This document shows, one piece after another, positions 44,687 to 57,470 of a stretch of DNA of 64,000 bases; within the stretch, counting starts at the first letter, position 1, and every line of letters starts with the position of its first letter. Location: the NCBI GenBank assembly GCA_964252395.1, contig CAXUMX010000002.1, positions 74,437-138,436 of the forward strand, in the 5' to 3' direction. The translations under genes were made by a program, and so were the position numbers. The DNA comes from an uncultured Acidobacteriaceae bacterium. GTDB lineage: Bacteria > Acidobacteriota > Terriglobia > Terriglobales > Acidobacteriaceae. The notes beneath the pieces are model-generated. The model was not told the origin of the DNA. It was given only the letters and a program-made list of their open reading frames with translations, and ran no database searches.

Positions 44687-46195
44687 ATGGATGTTGTGAG
44701 CTACCTAGTGTTTGGAATTGCGGTGTGCGCGGCTGTTCTAAATGCGCAGACGTCGGATCAAAAGGCAACCTTTACTCCCCAAATCCCCAAGGTTTGGACG
44801 GATAAAGCAATGTCCTCGTTCGAACTGCCGCGAGCGGTGCCTGTGAAGATAGAGCAGATGCCGAGCAGTGCGTATTACCAGATTCCTGAGCGGATCATCT
44901 GGAAGACGTACCCAGTCTACGCACCGGGCAGGGAGCCAAAAGGGTATTGGGAGTGGCTGCAGAAACAGGAGCCGGAGAAGGCGGTGCATTGGGAATCCTT
45001 GCGAAGCAGGGAGGATTGGATCAAAGCCGGTTCACTTGTCTTTGAGTCCGCCAATACCTACTCCGACCCATTTAAAGGCTTCGTCCCAGTGCGTGCGCAT
45101 GGCTGGTTCGAGGAATTGCACATTCGTACCACTCCAAATGGTGTGCTTCCTTACTATCGTTACGTGATCCGTGAAAAAGGGAAGGTTGAGGTCACTCAAG
45201 ACTCCTGCGCATCGTGCCATACCCGTGTGATGCCGGATGGAAAGGTCATTCCTGGTGCTCAGGGAAATGTTCCATTCGGCAAGTTGTCCGCGTTCTTCTT
45301 GGACACCTTGGATCCGAATAAGCCAGATAAGCCACTCTCGGATGACTTTTTCGCGGCCCCATGGATCAAGCCAGACCCTACTCTTCCTCTAAGCTCACGG
45401 ACAATTGGCGAGTTTGCCGCGCATAATCGCACTATCCCTGAAGGCGTGAATTTACGTCAGGGCACCAGCGACATGTACCCTATTCAGATCCCGGACATCA
45501 TCGGCGTAGGGCATCGTCACTACCTGGATCGCACGGGGCTGCAGCCTCATCACGGCATCACTGACCTGATGCGGTATGCGGCGGTGCAGAACTTCGTCGA
45601 TGAGGTGACCAGGTACGACGGCTTCATTCCGGCGAACCGTCTGGGTGATCATAAGTTCCCTGAGCCCGCGACCCTCACGCGAGACAGCGATCGCTCTTTG
45701 TACGCCCTCGCCATGTACGTCTACTCGCTGCAACCACCGCCAAACCCGAATCGCTTCGGCCCTCTTGAGGCGAAAGGCCAGAGGGTGTTTAAACGGGAGG
45801 GCTGCCCAGCTTGCCATACGCCGCCACTCTATACCAACAACAAGTTGATACCTGTTGAAGGATTTAAGGTGAGCAACGAGTTACGAGCGAAGTATGAGGT
45901 CATGTCGAGCACGATCGATACCGATCCATTTAATGCGCTGTGTACGCGTCGCGGGACGGGTTTCTACAAAGTCCCCTCACTGAAAGGTGTCTGGTACCGA
46001 GGACCGTTTGAGCACAATGGAGAAGTGGCTACTCTAGAAGAGTGGTTTGATTCTCGTCGTCTGGAGGACTCGTATGTGCCTACCGGCTACCAGGGCTACG
46101 GAGCTAAGAAGCACGCGGTCCCTGGACATTTGTACGGCCTGGATCTCTCGCCGGCAGACAAGAAGGCGCTTATTGCCTTTTTGAAGACGCTCTAG
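44687..46195 (+). CDS. Di-haem cytochrome c peroxidase (CCP/MauG) family protein
   Basis: Two CxxCH motifs (CASCHTRV and CPACHTPP). FYKVPSLKGVWYRGPFEHNGEVATLEEWF resembles the CCP/MauG signature F-[KR]-[VT]-P-[ST]-L-R-N...H-[DN]-G. G+C is markedly lower than in the flanks. Confidence 0.85.
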   Translation: MDVVSYLVFGIAVCAAVLNAQTSDQKATFTPQIPKVWTDKAMSSFELPRAVPVKIEQMPSSAYYQIPERIIWKTYPVYAPGREPKGYWEWLQKQEPEKAVHWESLRSREDWIKAGSLVFESANTYSDPFKGFVPVRAHGWFEELHIRTTPNGVLPYYRYVIREKGKVEVTQDSCASCHTRVMPDGKVIPGAQGNVPFGKLSAFFLDTLDPNKPDKPLSDDFFAAPWIKPDPTLPLSSRTIGEFAAHNRTIPEGVNLRQGTSDMYPIQIPDIIGVGHRHYLDRTGLQPHHGITDLMRYAAVQNFVDEVTRYDGFIPANRLGDHKFPEPATLTRDSDRSLYALAMYVYSLQPPPNPNRFGPLEAKGQRVFKREGCPACHTPPLYTNNKLIPVEGFKVSNELRAKYEVMSSTIDTDPFNALCTRRGTGFYKVPSLKGVWYRGPFEHNGEVATLEEWFDSRRLEDSYVPTGYQGYGAKKHAVPGHLYGLDLSPADKKALIAFLKTL

Positions 46196-46839
46196 CTGTT
46201 ACGCGGACCAGAGACGTAGGGATTCCCGGTGAGCAGGAAGCGCAGCGGCCACGCTGCTGCCTTCGTGATGCCGATGCGTGGTGTTGCGGTGACCGGTCCG
46301 GCCACGAAGCCGTCATCCCGCAACTGTAGGTCGGATTGCTGGTCCAGCAGATCGACGCCGTTGTGGCTGGTGCGGGTCAGGGCAAGGGCCTGGCAGAGTC
46401 GCCCCGGGCCAGAGGTCAGCAGTCGCGGCCCAGCATGGGCGGGCAGGTGCCGCAGGGTGCGCATGGTGTCCTGTCCCAGCACCGGCTCCAGTGCGCGAAT
46501 CAGGACACAGCCGGCATGCCCGTCCGGTTCGCAGGAGACATTCAGGCAACTGTGCATGCCGTAGATGAAGTACACGTACGCGTGCCCGGGTGGGCCGAAC
46601 AGGACGCTGGTGCGCGCCGTGCGTCCGGCAAACGCGTGCGCTGCCGGATCATCCACCCCCAGGTACGCCTCCGTCTCCACGATGCGGGCGGAGAGCAGCT
46701 CTCCATGCAACTGCCGCAGCACGAGCTTGCCCAGCAGCCAAGGCGCCACCTGCTCCGGCGGCGCAGCCAGGGATCGGCGCGAAAGCAGGCGTCCGGGCAG
46801 GCGAGCTTGGCTCAGGATCGTTTCGGGCGCAGTTGGCAT
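46192..46839 (-). CDS. mpg: DNA-3-methyladenine glycosylase (Mpg/AAG family)
   Basis: IVETEAYLGVDDPAAHA, GHAYVYFIYGMHSCLNV. Confidence 0.9.
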   Translation of the reverse strand: MPTAPETILSQARLPGRLLSRRSLAAPPEQVAPWLLGKLVLRQLHGELLSARIVETEAYLGVDDPAAHAFAGRTARTSVLFGPPGHAYVYFIYGMHSCLNVSCEPDGHAGCVLIRALEPVLGQDTMRTLRHLPAHAGPRLLTSGPGRLCQALALTRTSHNGVDLLDQQSDLQLRDDGFVAGPVTATPRIGITKAAAWPLRFLLTGNPYVSGPRNS

Positions 46840-46910
46840 CTTGTATGAGTAAATTTTCGGCCAGGTGCCATCTTATGACGATGGCCGGCACGGAAGAACG
46901 AGGTGAGGAG

Positions 46911-47474
46911 ATGCAGAAAAACAAGTGGTCGCTGGCGCGGATCAGCGCCGTCTTATTCCTTCTAGTTGCGAGCCTGGCCAGCGCACAGCAATCGAGCCGC
47001 CGCATCCCGCCCGGCACCAGGATCACGGTTCGGGTACAGGAAGCGCTTCAGTCTGGCAAAACGACGGAGGGTTCCAACTGGAACGGCACCATGGTCAACG
47101 AGATCACCGACAGCCGCGGACGGGTGGTCGCGCAGGCCGGTTCGCCGGTTTCAGGCGTCGTCAGAGAGTCGAAGGATTCGGGCCGGCTGAAGGCCCCCGG
47201 CATCCTGACCCTGCAACTTACAACGGTGAATAACGTGCCCGTCAACGCAGACAGCATCACCCGCGACGGCGAAGGTCATACCAAGAGCAACGTCACCAAG
47301 GTCGGCGGCGGCACCGCTGCCGGAGCAGTGATCGGCGGTCTGGCTGGAGGCGGCAAGGGAGCCGGCATCGGAGCCCTGGCCGGCGCGGGTGCCGGTGCTA
47401 TCGGGGCATTCGCAACCGGCAAGCGGCAGGCCAAGATTCCGGCAGAGACTGCACTGACCTTCACGGCGCAGTAG
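46911..47474 (+). CDS. Secreted protein with C-terminal glycine-zipper region
   Basis: GGTGAGGAG SD, signal peptide ...LASAQQ, and C-terminal GGGTAAGAVIGGLAGGGKGAGIGALAGAGAGAIGAFATG. Confidence 0.7.
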   Translation: MQKNKWSLARISAVLFLLVASLASAQQSSRRIPPGTRITVRVQEALQSGKTTEGSNWNGTMVNEITDSRGRVVAQAGSPVSGVVRESKDSGRLKAPGILTLQLTTVNNVPVNADSITRDGEGHTKSNVTKVGGGTAAGAVIGGLAGGGKGAGIGALAGAGAGAIGAFATGKRQAKIPAETALTFTAQ

Positions 47475-47505
47475 TGAGTCTGTCCTGAGGGGGTCCGCGC
47501 GGCGG

Positions 47506-47961
47506 CTAAGCTCGAACAGCCGCCAAGACCTCCTCTGCGTGCCCCTCGGGCTTCACCTTCGGGAAGATCCGGGTGAGCTTGCGGTCCGGGCCGATCAGGA
47601 ACGTGGTGCGCTCGATCCCCTTCACTTTCTTTCCGTACATATTCTTTTCCTTCAACACGCCAAACTGATTCGAGACTGCTTCGTCTACATCAGCAAGGAG
47701 GGTGTAGGGCAGGTCGTACTTGTCTTTGAATTTCTTCTGCGCCTTTACCGTGTCGCGCGAAATGCCAAGCACCACGACGCCTGCCGCTTCCAGCTTCTGG
47801 AAGGTGTCGCGAAATCCGCAGGCCTCTATGGTGCAGCCCGGTGTGTCGGCACGTGGGTAGAAGAAGAGCACTACGGGCTTTCCGCTGTAGTCGCTCAGGT
47901 GCACGGTCTTGCCGTTCTCGTCCTGTAGGGTGAAGTCTTCCACTGTGTCGCCAGCCTGCAT
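47506..47961 (-). CDS. bcp: Thioredoxin-dependent thiol peroxidase (Bcp-type peroxiredoxin)
   Basis: MQAGDTVEDFTL..., FFYPRADTPGCT. GAGGAG SD lies 6-7 nt upstream of the ATG at 47961. The ORF-track extension to 48162 is rejected. Confidence 0.92.
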   Translation of the reverse strand: MQAGDTVEDFTLQDENGKTVHLSDYSGKPVVLFFYPRADTPGCTIEACGFRDTFQKLEAAGVVVLGISRDTVKAQKKFKDKYDLPYTLLADVDEAVSNQFGVLKEKNMYGKKVKGIERTTFLIGPDRKLTRIFPKVKPEGHAEEVLAAVRA

Positions 47962-48063
47962 GAAGCTCCTCGTCATCCAAAAGTTCGCGGGCCTGCCGGA
48001 CACCCCGGCTGCACCGCCCGCTACCATGGTAGCCGTGGGGAAGGGACGCCCAGTGAACCCGCT

Positions 48064-49458
48064 ATGAGAAGCCTGAGAATCAGTTGGATCGGGCGCATCG
48101 CGCTGCTCGCGCTCAGTATTGGCGGAGGCGCAGACCTTCTGCTCGCGCAGTACCCGGGACACATCGACACGCAGGAGAAGAAGTCCGTCACCTCGACCCT
48201 TCGCTCGATTGCGGTGCTGGAGTGGACGGGCGATCGGAACCGCCCCAGCGCGACCCGGCTGGTACCAGTCTCACTCTTTGATGGCGAGCACCTGCAGGAC
48301 GCCGGGCTCTACCTGGCGCGTCCCGTCCCGCTGGCGCTCGATAGCGGCACGGAGTATGAGGTCGAGTCCTCCGGCGTGCCGCAGGGCTGGTTCGACCTGG
48401 ACGGCGCGCGGCAGGTGGGGCAGGACTGGTTTGGATTCGGCAAGTGGAAGGCATACGTGCCGCCTGCGCCGAAGAAGCCTAAGACAGCGCACCAGCAGGT
48501 GACGGTCGTGGGCGGGAAGCCCGGGGATGACCGGCCCCACTTTGTACGTCGCGAAGAGTCGACCGACAAGAGCGCCACGCCTGGAGCCGATACGTCTACA
48601 AAGAACAGCAGCGCGGGTTCACCGTCTACACCCGCGACCTCTGAGCCGGTAGACCCCAACCGTCCTCGGCTGCGGCGTCGTGCCGAGGAGAATGCTGTCA
48701 ACGCAGAAGCAGCCGCGAATGCACCCGAGACACCCTCCGCCACGCCCGATGCGGATCGCCCAAAGCTGGCGCATGGCAAGCCGTCCAATCTGAAGGACCA
48801 GCCGCGACCGCTAGAACTGACACCGGCTGCGCTGGGTCAGACCATCGCTGTCTCGGATGCGGAGCGGGTCGGTCATCAATCCTTCGCCTACGACTGGAGC
48901 AGCCCCACTGAAGCAGACGAGGCGCGCAAGCAGGTGGAAGCCGAGGCGGTGCGACGGCTCCAGGCGGCATCGCCCGCTAGCACACCTCACCCGCCCGCTT
49001 CCGCTGCCCGATCGCACAGCACAGCTGCCGGAGCAAGGCATCGCACGGCTGCTCCCAACACCGCAGCGCCTGCGGATATGCTTACCGATGTTCAGTTCCA
49101 CGCCTTCGCTCTGACCTCCGGCGGCGGGGCCACATTGGTGATGACGGCCCGCGAGGCGGCGGGCACGCGATCCATCGCCTTGATCGCTGCCGAGGACATC
49201 TACGGTAAGACGCAGGTGTTGTGGAGCTCGATCACGGACGACCTGCACCTGGATGTGACGCCCCGCATGACGCTGATCGATGCGGTGGACCCGCGGGGAG
49301 ACGGCCGTGCCGATCTGCTATTTGAGCAGCGCAATGCAACTGACCGGCGCTTCGTACTGCTGAGCGTCGGGGCCACCAGCGCAGAACAGGTATTCGCGAC
49401 AGATCCGCTCCCCCTGCATCCGGTGGCAGCGCCTGCCGGAGAGCAGTCCGGCGACTAA
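48064..49458 (+). CDS. Secreted hypothetical protein with long P/A/T/S-rich disordered centre
   Basis: Signal peptide, a ~200-aa low-complexity middle, and a C-terminal globular part containing DPRGDGRADLLF (resembles an FG-GAP/VCBS calcium-binding loop). Confidence 0.65.
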   Translation: MRSLRISWIGRIALLALSIGGGADLLLAQYPGHIDTQEKKSVTSTLRSIAVLEWTGDRNRPSATRLVPVSLFDGEHLQDAGLYLARPVPLALDSGTEYEVESSGVPQGWFDLDGARQVGQDWFGFGKWKAYVPPAPKKPKTAHQQVTVVGGKPGDDRPHFVRREESTDKSATPGADTSTKNSSAGSPSTPATSEPVDPNRPRLRRRAEENAVNAEAAANAPETPSATPDADRPKLAHGKPSNLKDQPRPLELTPAALGQTIAVSDAERVGHQSFAYDWSSPTEADEARKQVEAEAVRRLQAASPASTPHPPASAARSHSTAAGARHRTAAPNTAAPADMLTDVQFHAFALTSGGGATLVMTAREAAGTRSIALIAAEDIYGKTQVLWSSITDDLHLDVTPRMTLIDAVDPRGDGRADLLFEQRNATDRRFVLLSVGATSAEQVFATDPLPLHPVAAPAGEQSGD

Positions 49459-49467
49459 CCCCGTGAA

Positions 49468-50943
49468 CTACGGGTGGGGCGGCTGATTTTTGTCCCAGCC
49501 TCCGCCCAGCGCCTTCACCAGTTGCACACTCGCGGCAAACTGCCGGGTCGTGATGTCGGCCGCGGTGCGACGATTGGCCAGCTCGGTCGCTTGCGCGGTG
49601 ATCACCTCAAGCGTCGTGGTCAGCCCACCTTTGTAGCGGTCCGTGGAGATGCTGACCGAGCGCTCCGCATCGGCCACGGTCTTCTGCTGCGCCGCAGACT
49701 CCTGGCTCAAGATATCCAACGTGGCTAGCTGGTCCTCCACATCCTGAAAAGACAGAAGAACAGTCTGCCGGTAGGCCGCCACCTGCGCTTCGTACGATGC
49801 GCGCGCCTCATCGGTGATTGCATGCCGACGTCCTGCATCGAACAGCACCTCGGTCGCGGAACCACCCAGGGTCCAGATGGAACTCGGGCCCTGGAAGAGG
49901 ATGCCCGGACGCCCCGACTGGAATCCGCCGCTGCCCAGCAGGTCGACGTTGGGGTAATAGGCTGCGATCGCGATGCCGATCTGCGCGTTAGCCGCCGCTG
50001 CGCGGCGTTCCGCGGCTGCTACGTCCGGCCGCCGCTCCAGCATCTCGGATGGCACCCCGACCGGCACCGCGGGCAGTTGCAGCGTCAGTGGATTGGGCGC
50101 TATCGAGAACTCTGACGCCGCCTGCCCCGTCAGCGTGGCGATCGCATCCTGGAACTGTGCCCGCGCCACGCCAACATCAATGGCCTGCGTGCGCGTCTGG
50201 TCGAGCTGCGTCTCTGCCAGCACGACGTCGGACTGCGAAGCCACGCCGCCGCGGAAGCGGCGCGTGGTCAACTGGAAGTAGCGATCAAACTCCGCGATCG
50301 TTTCCGCCAGCAGCTGCGACTGCGTGTCCAGGCCGCGCAGCTCCAGATAGTCCAGACAGACCTCGGAGCGGATGCTGAGCTCCGCATTGGCCAGGTCCGC
50401 AGCAGAGGCCTGCTGGTTGGCGCGCGCCTGCTCAACGGTACGGCGAATCTCGCCCCACAAGTCCGGCTCCCAGGTGGCGCCACCGCTGGCCTGCCAGGTG
50501 TTGTAGGTGTTGCCGCCACTGGTCGGGGTGCGCAGGGGCCGATTCTGCGAGAGCTTGGTGCGCGCGAAGGACGGATTCACAGACACGGTCGGAAAGTAGC
50601 TAGCGCGGAATTGCCGGACTGCCGCCGACGCCTGCTCATAACGGGCCAGAGATTCCTTCAGTGTCTGGTTGGAGAGGGTGACTCGATCCTCAAGCGCATT
50701 CAGCTGCGGGTCGCCGTAGATCTCCCACCACTTGCCGCGTAGCTGACTGTCGCCCGGCTGCGCACGCTTCCAGCCCAGCCCCGGCGCGTCCGGCGGAGGG
50801 GTAAGCTGCGCCGCCTCTTTGAACGACGGAGCCATGGCAGCGTTCGGCGTGTGGTAGTTGGGCCCCACCTTGCATCCGCCCAGAGAGCCGGCAGAGAGCG
50901 CGGCGAGCGCCAAGGCTATGCCCGAGGTGCGATCGAAGGTCAC
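49468..50943 (-). CDS. RND efflux outer-membrane factor lipoprotein (NodT/TolC family)
   Basis: Lipobox SLGGC and two repeated TolC-like halves. Its start overlaps the upstream adaptor gene stop by 4 nt. Confidence 0.9.
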   Translation of the reverse strand: MTFDRTSGIALALAALSAGSLGGCKVGPNYHTPNAAMAPSFKEAAQLTPPPDAPGLGWKRAQPGDSQLRGKWWEIYGDPQLNALEDRVTLSNQTLKESLARYEQASAAVRQFRASYFPTVSVNPSFARTKLSQNRPLRTPTSGGNTYNTWQASGGATWEPDLWGEIRRTVEQARANQQASAADLANAELSIRSEVCLDYLELRGLDTQSQLLAETIAEFDRYFQLTTRRFRGGVASQSDVVLAETQLDQTRTQAIDVGVARAQFQDAIATLTGQAASEFSIAPNPLTLQLPAVPVGVPSEMLERRPDVAAAERRAAAANAQIGIAIAAYYPNVDLLGSGGFQSGRPGILFQGPSSIWTLGGSATEVLFDAGRRHAITDEARASYEAQVAAYRQTVLLSFQDVEDQLATLDILSQESAAQQKTVADAERSVSISTDRYKGGLTTTLEVITAQATELANRRTAADITTRQFAASVQLVKALGGGWDKNQPPHP

Positions 50944-52227
50944 GAGCCTGCCTCCGACTTGCGCTCTCCACTCTGACCGGAAGAACCCGCCGGCGGAGCT
51001 GCATTGGGCACGGCTGGCTGTTCGATGGGGTGCACCTTCTCACCATCGAGGATTGAATCGGGCGGGTCAGTAACGATGCGCATGGATGGGTCAAGCCCGC
51101 TGACGATCTGCACAGTGTCCCCGTCGTCGTGGCCGATGATGATCGGCACCAGCTTTGCCAGGTCGCCATCGGCCGTGTGATCGACCGTGACGACGCGCAG
51201 CCCCTCCTTGCGGAAGAGCAGCGCCGAAACCGGGATAATGACTGTTGACACCGGACGCCCGACCTTCATGTGGACCTCGGTGTAGGCGCCGGGTACCAGT
51301 TCGCCCTTGCGATTGTCCACGTCTACCTCGGCCAGCAAAGTGCGTGAGGTGAGATCGATGGACTTGGAGGTACGTACCAGCGTGCCTTCGAAGCTGCGCC
51401 CGGGATACTCGGCGAAGGTGAGCTGCGCCTTGACGCCGGGGACCGCATCGCGAGAGTAGATCTGCGGCACGTTGACGTACACACGCAGGGTGTCCGTAGA
51501 TGCCATGTGGAACAGCTCCCTGGCCGCCCCCTGGTCGATCAGTTGACCAGTGTCGATGCTGCGTGAGGTCACCACTCCGTTGAATGGCGCATAGAGGCGC
51601 TCGAAGCCCTGCAACTGCTCCAGCCGCTGCACATTGGCCTGCTGCGATTTGACCGCAGTATTCGACGAGGCTGCCTGGGTAGTGAAGTTCTCCGTGTCCT
51701 GCCTGGAGACAGCATCACCCTGCAGCAGATCCTGGTAGCGCTTCGCAGTGTTCTGGGCGTAGCCGGCGTTGGCCTCCGCCGTGGCCAGATCGGCCTTCGC
51801 CTGCAGCAACTGCTGATCTACCTCGGGCGTGCTGATAACGGCCAGCAGCTGCCCCTTGCGCACATGCGCGCCGATGTCGAAGTACCAGTGGCTCAGATAG
51901 CCGTTGGTGCGGGCGTAGATCGGCGCATCCGCATAGGGAAAGATGTTGCCGGGCAGTACGATCTCCGCGTTTGGCATGCCTGCCTTGGGGGTTGCCAGCA
52001 GGACGTCGGGCGCCGCCAGCGCGTTGGTCTCATCCGCCAGTGCAACCCGCTGGTGCCTGCGGCTCACAATGCCGACAACCGCAATCACCACGGCTACGAT
52101 CAGCAGCAGCGCCAGCACGATGACGGCCGCTCGCGCTGAGACGGGAGCCTGCGGCGCGTGCTGGGCAGAGTGTCCAGCCGCGGCAGCTTGGCCGGCAGGC
52201 GGGGCGCTGGAGTGATTCGGGGTGGGT

Positions 52228-52241
<14 letters not shown>
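50940..52241 (-). CDS. RND efflux periplasmic adaptor (membrane fusion protein)
   Basis: N-terminal TM, coiled-coil hairpin (QLLQAKADLATAEANAGYAQ...), and lipoyl/beta-barrel segments. I use the ATG at 52241 (MSEPRP...), not 52391. Confidence 0.9.
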
Positions 52242-55512
<3,271 letters not shown>

Positions 55513-56084
55513 ATGACTTGAACTCTTCCTCTGGGCGCCGGTGACGGTTAGATACAGCGCATTTGAGCCGGCAGCGGAAACGCTGTCGAAGGAATGGCAA
55601 AGCCGCGATACGCGGTCGCTGTGTCCGTTCAGTTTACGTTGAGCCTGCGTCTGCAATCGATCTGCAGCGCACTTGAAGCCAAGCTCTTGTCTGATCTCTC
55701 CACTTGGCTGGTGCTGCGATTCAGCCCAGCCTGCGACGCCATGACCGCCCCGGGGCCGGGGCTAGCTGCCGCCTGCAACCATGTCGCGATCCGGGCGAGG
55801 CCTTGCTCCAACCTGCGCCGCACCGCACAGTAAGGTTTCAGATGACCGAAATCAGGATACCGATTCAGAAATCCCGGCGACGCCCAGCTCGGATGGGCCT
55901 TCGTCGCCAATCGCCGTAGAATGAAAACATTCGTCAGAGAGGAGAAACCATTCCTCTCCCTTTGTCGTCCCTAAGCACGTAGTGCCAGGTCCACCCGGCT
56001 GGAGAGAAAACGATTCGTGCGCTGCTGAACGGGATCGGCTGACCTGAGCTAACGCCACGCAGAAATAGAAAGAAGATCGACAAG

Positions 56085-57470
56085 ATGTCACCTGCCGTGC
56101 CGACTGAACCGGTACCTACTTCGACGTACGCTTATCGTGTGCCCGGCGGGGAGACGCCGGCGGCGGGCCCGGAGCAGCCACGGAAGAGGGGTTGGCTGCG
56201 TTGGCTGGTGCTGCTGGTCCTGCTCGGGCTGGCGGCGATCATTGCATGGCGTACAGTGACAGCCAAGCATGAGGCAGCGGCCACGGCAGCCCGCAAGCAA
56301 CAGGCGATGGCCAATGCGGCGGTGCCGGTGCAGACGGTCCCGGTTCGGCAGGAGACGGTGCCTATCTATCTCACCGGCCTGGGCACGGTTACCCCCTACT
56401 ACTCGGTCAAGGTCATTCCCCGCGTGACGGGTGAGCTGATTCGGGTGAACTTCAAAGAGGGCCAGGAGGTGCGCAAGGGCGAGGAGTTGATGACCGTCGA
56501 CCCGCGCCCCTACCAGGCCATCCTGGACCAGGCGAAGGGCCAGCTGGCGCGCGACCAGGCGCAGCTAGAGAATAATCAGGCGGAGTACAACCGCTATAAG
56601 GCGTTGTACGACCAGGGCGTCGTCTCGAAGGAGCAGTTGGGGACCTACCAGTCCAATCTCGGTCAGTTCCAGGGCGCTATCAAGGCGGATGAGGCGACGA
56701 TCGAGTCCGCGCAGCTGAATGTCACCTACTGCCACATCACGTCACCCATCGACGGCCGGGTAGGATTGCGCCTGGTCGACCCGGGAAATCTTGTCACGGC
56801 GAATACCACCCAGACCCTATTGATCAACCAGTTCCGTCCGATCGCCGTGTATTTCACCCTGCCTGAGGATCAGCTGCAGCGAGTGTTGGGCAAGCTGCGT
56901 CAATCGCACGAGCTGGGCGCCATCGCGTTTGACCGCTCCGACACGCACCAGCTGGAGAGCGGCACGCTGCTGACTGCGGACAACCAGATCGATCCCACGA
57001 CAGGCACGGATAAGTTGAAGGCCGTCTTCGCCAACGCCGATGAACAACTGTTCCCGAACCAGTTCGTCAACGTGCATCTGGTACTGGAACAGCGTCCAAA
57101 CGCGATCATTATCCCGGCGGCGGCGCTGCAGCATGGCACGGACGGCGACTTTGTCTGGGTGGTGAAGCCGGCTTCTGCTGGAAGCGCGGATAGCACTGCA
57201 GCCGGGTCAGCCGCAGCGCCAGGAGATGGAGCCGGAAGGCCGGCCGGTGCGGGCGGCTCCGCGGGCCCGACCATGATCGCGAGCATGCAGCCGGTGAAGG
57301 TGGACACCACCGAGGGCGCAATGGTGGTGATCGGCAGCGGTCTCGAGGCCAACCAGCAGGTCGTCGTTGATGGTGCCGATAAACTCCAGGACAAGACCAA
57401 GGTGATCCCCAGCAGCGGCGGCAACCGCAAGTCGCAGCAACAACAGCCGCAGCAGACAGGGCCTGCGTGA
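56085..57470 (+). CDS. RND efflux periplasmic adaptor (MdtA-like)
   Basis: TM anchor, coiled-coil ([21 protein letters not shown]), and [10 protein letters not shown]. Carries an A/G/S-rich insertion near the C-terminus. GTGA overlap with the next gene. Confidence 0.9.
   Translation: MSPAVPTEPVPTSTYAYRVPGGETPAAGPEQPRKRGWLRWLVLLVLLGLAAIIAWRTVTAKHEAAATAARKQQAMANAAVPVQTVPVRQETVPIYLTGLGTVTPYYSVKVIPRVTGELIRVNFKEGQEVRKGEELMTVDPRPYQAILDQAKGQLARDQAQLENNQAEYNRYKALYDQGVVSKEQLGTYQSNLGQFQGAIKADEATIESAQLNVTYCHITSPIDGRVGLRLVDPGNLVTANTTQTLLINQFRPIAVYFTLPEDQLQRVLGKLRQSHELGAIAFDRSDTHQLESGTLLTADNQIDPTTGTDKLKAVFANADEQLFPNQFVNVHLVLEQRPNAIIIPAAALQHGTDGDFVWVVKPASAGSADSTAAGSAAAPGDGAGRPAGAGGSAGPTMIASMQPVKVDTTEGAMVVIGSGLEANQQVVVDGADKLQDKTKVIPSSGGNRKSQQQQPQQTGPA

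Noticed and set aside
55629-55910. 93-aa ORF in the RND divergent spacer, considered as a possible small regulator.
   Set aside because: It has no HTH or other motif, no SD, and mixed codon bias. The evidence is insufficient to call it a gene, so it is mentioned only within the spacer finding.
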